64,000 nt of DNA, taken from the NCBI GenBank assembly GCA_024704765.1, contig JAKMXF010000334.1, positions 218,664 through 282,663 of the forward strand, in the 5' to 3' direction. Below the pieces are notes generated by a model. That model had not been told where the DNA came from. It searched no databases and saw only the letters and a list, made by a program, of their open reading frames with translations. Of the stretch, positions 12,166 to 21,616 are shown one piece after another. A program made the position numbers and the translations under genes. Within the stretch, counting starts at the first letter, position 1; every line of letters starts with the position of its first letter. Source of the DNA: Oopsacas minuta. Its lineage: Eukaryota > Animalia > Porifera.

Positions 12166-12786
12166 ATGGCAAAAAGGAAAGGGTTGTCACTAGATGATAA
12201 GAGACAGAAAATAATGCAGATATTTGCAGAAAAACAGGAATTCTTTCAACTGAAAGAAATAGAAGTTTTGGCCAAGAAAGAAAAAGGCCTGAATCCAATG
12301 CAAGTGAAAGATTTAGTCCAGTCATTAGTTGATGACGATATGATAGATATGGAAAAGGTTGGTATATCTAGTTACTACTGGGCTTTCAGGAGTAAATTGT
12401 CAGCTAAAAAGAAATTGAAGTTAGACACTGTGAAAGGAAACCTGAAAGAATTGGAAGAAAAGGAAAAAATTTTGAAATCAAGGTTAGAATCATCAAAGAT
12501 TAGTCGTGAAGAGTGTGAAGAGAGAGATAAAATATCGGAAGAAATCGAAGAGAAGTCTCTGAAGGTAGCTTCTATTCAGAAAGAATTGGAAGAATTGAAA
12601 GATTCTGATCCATCTTTATGGGAAGAGAGGGAGGAAGAGATAAAATTAGCTCTGACAGCAGCTAACAGATGGACTGACAATATATTCTCTCTGGTGAGTT
12701 GGTGTAAATCCAAGTTCAATATGGAAGAGAAGAGTTTAAATGACGCATTTGGTATTCCTGAAGATTTGGATTACGTAGAGAACTGA
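12166..12786 (+). CDS. MND1: Meiotic nuclear division protein 1
   Basis: KGLSLDDKRQKI, FFQLKEIE, VKDLVQSLVDD..DMEKVGISSYYWAF, coiled coil, AANRWTDNIF, FGIPEDLDY. Confidence 0.95.
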   Translation: MAKRKGLSLDDKRQKIMQIFAEKQEFFQLKEIEVLAKKEKGLNPMQVKDLVQSLVDDDMIDMEKVGISSYYWAFRSKLSAKKKLKLDTVKGNLKELEEKEKILKSRLESSKISREECEERDKISEEIEEKSLKVASIQKELEELKDSDPSLWEEREEEIKLALTAANRWTDNIFSLVSWCKSKFNMEEKSLNDAFGIPEDLDYVEN

Positions 12787-13286
12787 TTATTTTGATTGGA
12801 TTATTGGCATAACTTATCACTTTGAAACGAATCCTTGATTTTTGATATTTCTTTATTATTTATGGGGGATTTTAATGTAAATAGCTGCTACATGTTCCAG
12901 ACGTCCGTTAGTTTTAATATTTTCACTGCGGATCTGAACCATCTCGTAGATTCCAAAAATGTAATCATATTATTTCATATTCATCCAAATTTTTGGCTGC
13001 GAATGGCTTATGAAATTTTAGGAATTTTGGCTGACTCTAATACTCCAATCGTCGGTGCATCTAGTTTCTAATCCTTTAAACTGAAAAGTAAGTAAATAGA
13101 ATGTCAATATAATGAATATTGCGACTTTCAACAGCATTCAAGTTATGCTATAGCAAAATCACTTCCGCTATGACTGTATCTTAAATGCTGATAAGAGGGA
13201 ATAAACCTGTGAGGCAGAATCTTATGATTTAGGTGGGATATCTTATAGTACACTTCCTTTACATTGAAATAGCTTTAATCTAATCC

Positions 13287-13613
13287 ATGGTTGTATTATC
13301 TATATTTAGCATGGTAGATCCTGAAACAGAATCTCATAGAAGCATCTCTTCTCAGCCTGAACGTCCTTTTGATAGACTCCCGATAATTCCATCCATTTCC
13401 ACTGACTTTTCCCCAGAAGATGAGATAACTACAGATTACATGCTACATAACTTAATAAGGAAAGTTGAAAAAGAATGGCTATTCAATATAATTTTCATTA
13501 TTCTTTTCATCCTAACATTTATATGCTTGTTTATATCTATTTTAATAGCTATTTGGGGAGACGAATGGTTTTCTAAAGTGAATTTCACGATAAATTGTGG
13601 ATATACTAGTTGA
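13287..13613 (+). CDS. Small single-pass membrane protein of unknown function (start may be 13311)
   Basis: 108-aa ORF with an acidic/Pro-rich N-terminus and one strong hydrophobic helix (WLFNIIFIILFILTFICLFISILIAIW); no family recognised. Confidence 0.4.
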   Translation: MVVLSIFSMVDPETESHRSISSQPERPFDRLPIIPSISTDFSPEDEITTDYMLHNLIRKVEKEWLFNIIFIILFILTFICLFISILIAIWGDEWFSKVNFTINCGYTS

Positions 13614-14267
13614 TAATATATTATTCAAATGATATTGTTTTACCTTGTATTCTAAAGTAGACCTTAATAATCCGTACAGGGCATACAGCCCAATTCTACA
13701 GCGGATTAATACATACAGCGGATTAATACATACAGTAGAATTATATGTTGTTATGTACTGGGCTAAGATGTACAATCGGTTATTACCTCCTTTTCTCCAA
13801 AACGGTTTATCAATTCTTGTATAAAAATAAGAATATTCGAATATGATCAACTTGGGTTAGTACTTACTAATTTTTATTCTCCGAAGGGTTCTGTCTTGTC
13901 CGAGTTCTATTATAATACTATACTCCACATGTTGGCAGGCTTTTCATTGTTTTACAACATTCGCGAACCTGTAACACTCGATAAATAGTGTTACAATGCG
14001 ACTGTAGCTAGCACTAATCCGAATTGTTTCATTAGTACCGGGCTGCTTGAATTACGAGGGCAACTGTTTCCGTTTTATCTATCCATTCATGTTCTATCGA
14101 TTACTTGCTTAACAAGCGAATAGTATCAGCTAGTGAGTACTCACGTAGAGTGTGTGTAATTTGTGAATATTCTAATTTCCATATTAGTATAATTATCAGT
14201 TTATCACTCAAGAATTACTCAGATGACGTAATCTGAATTATAAAGAGAGCTAAGCTACTGATTGGTT

Positions 14268-15156
14268 NNNNNNNNNNNNNNNNNNNNNNNNNNNNNNNNN
14301 NNNNNNNNNNNNNNNNNNNNNNNNNNNNNNNNNNNNNNNNNNNNNNNNNNNNNNNNNNNNNNNNNNNNNNNNNNNNNNNNNNNNNNNNNNNNNNNNNNNN
14401 NNNNNNNNNNNNNNNNNNNNNNNNNNNNNNNNNNNNNNNNNNNNNNNNNNNNNNNNNNNNNNNNNNNNNNNNNNNNNNNNNNNNNNNNNNNNNNNNNNNN
14501 NNNNNNNNNNNNNNNNNNNNNNNNNNNNNNNNNNNNNNNNNNNNNNNNNNNNNNNNNNNNNNNNNNNNNNNNNNNNNNNNNNNNNNNNNNNNNNNNNNNN
14601 NNNNNNNNNNNNNNNNNNNNNNNNNNNNNNNNNNNNNNNNNNNNNNNNNNNNNNNNNNNNNNNNNNNNNNNNNNNNNNNNNNNNNNNNNNNNNNNNNNNN
14701 NNNNNNNNNNNNNNNNNNNNNNNNNNNNNNNNNNNNNNNNNNNNNNNNNNNNNNNNNNNNNNNNNNNNNNNNNNNNNNNNNNNNNNNNNNNNNNNNNNNN
14801 NNNNNNNNNNNNNNNNNNNNNNNNNNNNNNNNNNNNNNNNNNNNNNNNNNNNNNNNNNNNNNNNNNNNNNNNNNNNNNNNNNNNNNNNNNNNNNNNNNNN
14901 NNNNNNNNNNNNNNNNNNNNNNNNNNNNNNNNNNNNNNNNNNNNNNNNNNNNNNNNNNNNNNNNNNNNNNNNNNNNNNNNNNNNNNNNNNNNNNNNNNNN
15001 NNNNNNNNNNNNNNNNNNNNNNNNNNNNNNNNNNNNNNNNNNNNNNNNNNNNNNNNNNNNNNNNNNNNNNNNNNNNNNNNNNNNNNNNNNNNNNNNNNNN
15101 NNNNNNNNNNNNNNNNNNNNNNNNNNNNNNNNNNNNNNNNNNNNNNNNNNNNNNNN
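14268..15156. other. Assembly gap (N run)
   Basis: Run of N bases. Confidence 1.
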
Positions 15157-16008
15157 TGTGAGATTACTGTAGATCGTGTAGTAGACGCACACAAGGTAGA
15201 GACTGACAAGCATAAGTTTCGATTAGTCAGCATAACTTCAGATAATGGAGAATTACAATAACCTATTATCCACAGTTCTTAATCTTGTTGTTATTCCATG
15301 GAGTTGTATAATCACACTTATAATTTGAACTTTATATATTTTTCCAGTAATTGAACCGTGTCAGGACCCTCAGAGACCAATACAGTAGGCTCTCAATGAT
15401 AAGTGTACCGTTGATATGTCTTACTCCTTACCGGCAAGGTATCCGATAAATATGGTTTTTCCCAAAATTGGAATCTATTATAGTACTCGAAAACCCTGAC
15501 TATCCGTTCAAATGAAATTCCCAGCATCTTTTTGAAATATGTTCCAAAATGTGTGAAAAATAGATTGATCATATGATATATCTGTGAATTTAAATACCCG
15601 CGGTGCAAATCTCCGACCCAAAATCTCTCTCTATATATATCTAGTAGAATTCGGTTATTGACAATATTATTTTATTGTCAACCTATTTTCAAAATGTTCC
15701 CTTATTACGGCTGCGCTGATGGACGGAAGTCGCACATCATAGATGTCATTAGGACATCTGATTCTCCCTATAGGGCCTGTGCTAAAATAGAACGTGTTAA
15801 CAGTGTATAATATAATATCGGATACCGACAATTCGCACCACGGCAATTCGCACCTAATTTGATTGGCCTACTGTATCCACTTGCCCAGCCTCAACAGATG
15901 CTCCTGGACTTTGAGAAGGGCCCGATTACCAGCTTTGAGCATGTCTGGCCTAACACAGTAGTGAAGTGCTGCTTCTTCCACCTCACACAGAATATCTGGC
16001 GACATGTG

Positions 16009-16538
16009 NNNNNNNNNNNNNNNNNNNNNNNNNNNNNNNNNNNNNNNNNNNNNNNNNNNNNNNNNNNNNNNNNNNNNNNNNNNNNNNNNNNNNNNNNNNN
16101 NNNNNNNNNNNNNNNNNNNNNNNNNNNNNNNNNNNNNNNNNNNNNNNNNNNNNNNNNNNNNNNNNNNNNNNNNNNNNNNNNNNNNNNNNNNNNNNNNNNN
16201 NNNNNNNNNNNNNNNNNNNNNNNNNNNNNNNNNNNNNNNNNNNNNNNNNNNNNNNNNNNNNNNNNNNNNNNNNNNNNNNNNNNNNNNNNNNNNNNNNNNN
16301 NNNNNNNNNNNNNNNNNNNNNNNNNNNNNNNNNNNNNNNNNNNNNNNNNNNNNNNNNNNNNNNNNNNNNNNNNNNNNNNNNNNNNNNNNNNNNNNNNNNN
16401 NNNNNNNNNNNNNNNNNNNNNNNNNNNNNNNNNNNNNNNNNNNNNNNNNNNNNNNNNNNNNNNNNNNNNNNNNNNNNNNNNNNNNNNNNNNNNNNNNNNN
16501 NNNNNNNNNNNNNNNNNNNNNNNNNNNNNNNNNNNNNN
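16009..16538. other. Assembly gap within the left arm of the foldback element
   Basis: 530 Ns; the mirror-image right-arm segment (16623-17175) is 553 nt. Confidence 1.
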
Positions 16539-17330
16539 CCGATTAACATGTTAATCTAAAGGATTATCTAGCCCTCAAATACATTGATTAGAGATAATCC
16601 TTTAGATTAACATGTTAATCGGCTCCCAGACTGAAATGATGTGCTACACCCTGCAAGAACTCCATTTTAGAACGATCTTGAGAATAATATTCACGAACTA
16701 GAGTCTTCAACGCTTCCTCACTCTGTTGGGACCGCCTTCGCTTGGTTGGTGGCTTGCCAACGAGGTAGTTAGTATGCCGCACCTCCACTAGGCCCTGCTC
16801 ACGCTTGAGGGCTAGGAGGAACTTCCATATGGTGGGGTGATGGCAGTCGACAGTGGCATTGAAGCTGTGGTGCCATGCCTCCACGGCGTTGGTTGTACGG
16901 GGGAGCCCGAAGGGCGTGCTGAGGTGGTAGTTCCACAGGTCGATGGGGAACGTCGCCGCTACATGGTATCCACTGGCTAGCGTGCGACCGATATACGTCC
17001 TCTCAAAGTAGTCGACTAGTTCGCCTATCTCAGACGTAAGGGGGAGGTCCATTGCCACTTGATCAAACAGATCGTGTACGTCTGCTGGTCGGGCAAAAGC
17101 AAGGGCTGGTATCCTCCGGATGCACATAGCCAACTCTTCGTCATGTGTGTAGGCAGACTGCAGCCCTACAGACTGCACATGTCGCCAGATATTCTGTGTG
17201 AGGTGGAAGAAGCAGCACTTCACTACTGTGTTAGGCCAGACATGCTCAAAGCTGGTAATCGGGCCCTTCTCAAAGTCCAGGAGCATCTGTTGAGGCTGGG
17301 CAAGTGGATACAGTAGGCCAATCAAATTAG

Positions 17331-17479
17331 GTGCGAATTGTCGTGGTGCGAATTGTCGCTGGTGCGAATTGTCGCGGTGCGAATTGTCGTGGTGCGAATT
17401 GTCGCGGTGCGAATTGTCGTGGTGCGAATTGTCGCGGTGCGAATTGTCGTGGTGCGAATTGTCGTGGTGCGAATTGTCG
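17331..17479. repeat. 15-bp subterminal tandem repeat of the MULE TIR (GTGCGAATTGTCGYG x10)
   Basis: 10 units counted directly; only 2 units in the left TIR. Confidence 0.95.
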
Positions 17480-17638
17480 GTATTCCGTATAATATGTATA
17501 CGAATAGAAAATCTGTTTTGGAGAAAAGTCCCGATTGCAAGTGTTAAGCTTATTACGTATGCTAACCGAACTCTATTGTATATTATTCAGTGGATAACAG
17601 GCATCTATTGTATCCCGCTTCTATATTAGATTATTCTC

Positions 17639-20586
17639 ATGTCGAAAGCAAAACCCATTCAAGTGGTAATACTCTCTTCGTTTTCTCTTCCTTCCAATAC
17701 TGCATCAAGTGAAGATGTCCTGAGTCAGTGGGATCGTCACCATAAACATTATATTCTATCGCTAAGACAGTATTTATCTCAGAACCTGGATAGAAGTAAT
17801 CAAATATTTTTAGATTTAGAATTGAAAGATAATCCGAATTGGCATATTAATCTAATCGGTCCTGAATCTACAGTGATAATTATATTGAGTAGCGGGCTAT
17901 TGGAATTCTATAATAAACCTGATAGACGGCCAATTACTGATAATGATAGACACACTTCTCTTGTTGTAAATCTTATCAAAGGGCTGGATGCGAATCATAA
18001 TTGTACCAAAAAATACTTTTTCGTGATATTTGAAGAGAATTTACTCTCGATAATTCCAGTTATATGGCAAGGTTCAATTTGTCACGTGAAATCTGAGACT
18101 GATCATAGAAAGGTAATGACAATAATAAAGGATGAACCTCAAAGCCAGCAGACATTTTCCACTTCCTTTGAACCCCTATCAATGATATACAATGATGATC
18201 AGGCTAAATTTATCAATTATTGGAAGGCAATCTATAGAGAAGACAAATCACATACAAATTTGAGTATGTATTATATTGAGCAGAAACTCACAAAGCAAGT
18301 AACTGATGATTCTCCAGATAATGTAAGTAATACCGGTGGGAGTGATGAGTTGATGACTGATCAGCTGTATGGTGATGCAAATGACTTGATGAATAAAATG
18401 ATTGTAATTCAAGGAGCTAATGGATGTGGGAAGTCTGCACTCGCACAGATGCTCTGCCATCGATGGGGTAAGGGAGAAAGTTTGAAAATGTTCAGAGCTC
18501 TTGTTTTCATTGAACTAAATGAGGATAATATTCAAAAGCCTATGATAGAATTGATGAGATTCATTCCACACGAATCTGCCGCCAAGAAGGAAATTATTCT
18601 TAACGGGCTATCTGCAACTCAGGATGTACTGTTCATATTGGATGTTGAAAACTATCCTTGGAGAAAATGCAAAAATTTTAAGTCCACTGAAATCGGACAG
18701 CTATTACTTCACCAAAGAACAGAAAGTCTACTCGTATTAACGAATCAACTTGCCAGTAACGAAGATGATAAACGAATAATCGATGAAGCTGATATCATCT
18801 ATGAATTGCAGAGTTTTGATCAAGATCAACTCAAACATTTTTTTTGGAAAAGGACTTGTCCTATGGATATGAAATGTTCAGAAATATTTCAAGAATTGTG
18901 TAAGCTTCCCCTCTATGCCGTGATGATCCCCAGGAGTGAGGAAGTTGTTAAACATACTAATCTCACCGCGTTTTGTAAGGGCATTGTTGTCCAAATTCTG
19001 GCTAAAACCTTCCCAAAAGTTTGTTTAGAATCACTCGAACAATTTCTGAAGGAAAATAATACATTTAAGAACATCTGTAATTTAGCTTGGGACCTTATAA
19101 ATGACCAAACTAACACAATACCAATAACTGATGTAAGAGCTAAAAATATCAACAGACAGGAAGGTGGATTGGGATTCCTGGATTTTATCACCAAACCGAA
19201 TGACAAAAAAATTTGCACAGATTTCCTAGTTTTCCGTCTGAAGACGATTCAACATTTTTTGGCAGCTCTTCATTTCGTATATACAGTATGCACCCCTGAA
19301 ATAGGGAGGGACTTTCTATTGACGTTAATGTCAGACCATTCTATTCACAATGTTTGGAGATTTGTGACAGGTTTATTGAATGATAAGAAAAAAATACATT
19401 CTTTATTGAAGTCTCTCGGGTCCAATCATGCACCTCCCAAGCTTCTCTACGTACAAGCCATTTCTGAGAGTGAGATGAAATTCGATGAAATGGACACAGA
19501 GCTCAAAGAGATAGTATCTACCTGGATAAATTCTTTTAATTGGGAGAAGATTTCTTTATATCCTAGCGATTGTTTGGCTATCATAAAAACCCTCAATTAC
19601 CTCGGAGAAAAGGAAAAGCGAAGGATTTTAGAAGAAGTTAAAGAGCTAAATTTTTCAAATTGTAATCTGGGTAATGAAGGTATGTTTCATTAAATTGAAT
19701 GTCTGTCTATGCTCACAAATGTTAAGCTTATTAATATGGGAGGAAATCCAAACTTTTTGAATCCTTTATCCAGGAATGGTTGCGTTGGATATTTGAAAGA
19801 AATACTAAAGAATAATTCTCGTACTTTAAAGCGATTATATCTTGGATCTTCTGGCCTAAACTTTACAGGATTGCGTATTTTGAAGCCGACCCTCCTTAAG
19901 TTGACAGATCTAACTGAATTAGATTTATCTAGAAATAGCCATCTGGATTCTAAGGGTTGGAGCTTATTTGCAGATATTCTAAAGAACCTCAAAAACAAAG
20001 AACTCTTGAAACTATTCTTAGCTGATAACAATATTGATTCTAACAGTTTCATAAGTATCCTAGAACAACTGAAGAAGTACCCGTTTCTTAAATATTTGAA
20101 TTTTTGTGGCAATCACATAACTTCAAAAATAATGGACAGTTTGATAGAAGTTCTAATGAGAATTAACATTAGGAGATTATTCCTTTCAAACTGCAGAATC
20201 AATAACAGTGTATTTACAATTCTATTGAATTTTATCCGTGAGAATGAAGCAAAATTAGATTCTCTTGTTTCCCTCAGTTTAGCCTTGAATGAATTTGATA
20301 ACAATATCGTTGGAAAATGATGGATTCTCTGAAACTTACCAAAAAGTTGCAAACTTTAGTTTTGAACCACAACAAAATTGGCGATAATTCGTCAATGCAG
20401 ATTCTTTCTGATAGCTTGAAAGACATGCCTGCTATTGGTGCTATATGCGTATCTCATTGTGGGATCCAAGAAGAGGGAGCGATTATATTATGCAGTAATT
20501 CTCATAATGTTTCTGTGGATTTAAGGAAAAATAATATTAGGAAGGATTCTGAAAAGTTTAAAAAGTTTGGTCATACTCTAATATAG
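17639..20586 (+). pseudogene. SEFIR/TIR-like - NACHT - LRR (NLR) gene disrupted by one in-frame stop and one frameshift
   Basis: Walker A MIVIQGANGCGKS; Walker B-like LFILDVEN; NACHT-associated F...TIQHFLAALH; RI-type LRRs. TAA at 19691-19693 lies in frame between ORFs 17639 and 19709. A -1 shift occurs at the A-run 20314-20317. Confidence 0.8.
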
Positions 20587-21616
20587 TTAATACGAAATTC
20601 TTCAGTTTGTACATTTATTTCTTTTTCCTACGTTTTTATTAATTATCCCCGATGTGGGTTGTTGATTATTTTATCAAACATTTTATTCGATTTCTGCATG
20701 CAACGTATTATGCTCTATGTTTTATTTGTTGTTATATTCTATCTTTTCTAGTTTCATTCAAGTTTGCCTTTTCATGTATGTAGAATTTATTAGTGTATAT
20801 ACAGTGTCAACAGGATAAGCCAACTGTTCCTGTTTTCGGATATGTATTGAGGTAAGGTCCCACTACGAGCTTTAATTGGCTCGCTTTTTGTAGTCCACTA
20901 ATTCCAGTCTAATGTAACTGCTTCCCGCGATGCCTCGCTAAATTCCTACAGTCGAAATCGGATTAATTTTGATTATGTATGTGTGTACAACTGTACGTAT
21001 TGTACAAATGAATTAGTGCATAAAATTGTGGCGTAATACACTGTTTGGTGGATTATCGGGGTGATACTGTATCCTGTAATTTGATACTGGGGGATGTTTG
21101 GGATCTTAAAGGTTAGCAGAGTTGAGTCTCCCTCACTATTATTGTTATACTACTTTTCCAATAGAGATTAAGAGATGAAATACAAGAGAGGCACGTATTA
21201 ATGTCCCAATATTATAGTAACAATAAACCTCAGGTTATTTATTAACAATTATATTATTGATTTCTCTTGACTTTACTGCAATGGTTCTCAGTAAAAGTTA
21301 TTTTGAGAATTATGCACCGTTTAGCCTTTATAGTTATACCATAACGTTAGCATGTACGAATAACGTATGACAATATCGCATCCATCCAGGTACCAGGTGA
21401 CCAGCTTTTGACTATAAAACTAATGGGCCAATAATTCCAGCTCCAGGTTACATAATAACCAGCATTCACTCAAACGTAGTGGATAGGTTTTTATGACACA
21501 AAGCTTGAATATTCAAAGATGTTACTCAATATTAAATTTATTATACTTGTATATTTTGTTTTATTACTTTATCAAATCTACTTATAGCAAGAGTCATACA
21601 TAGAGCAGGATTCTAG

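Larger units (their letters stand above)
15819..17487. mobile_element. Foldback MULE/MuDR derivative: two inverted copies of TIR + 3' transposase fragment joined tail-to-tail
   Basis: Ends cggatacc / ggtattccg; 8-bp TSD TATAATAT (15811-15818, 17488-17495). 15859-16008 is the reverse complement of 17176-17325; 16539-16569 is the reverse complement of 16592-16622. Minus ORF 16615-17325 has MULE motifs DFEKG, CCFFH, RTTNAVEAWH, HPTIWKFL. Confidence 0.88.

Noticed and set aside
14215-16559. Long poly-X ORFs in the ORF track
   Set aside because: Artefacts of translating N gaps.
17322-17629. Repetitive ORFs (TTIRT, VVRIV, ELSWC) and a CRISPR-like look
   Set aside because: Translations of a head-to-tail 15-bp TIR repeat; there are no unique spacers.
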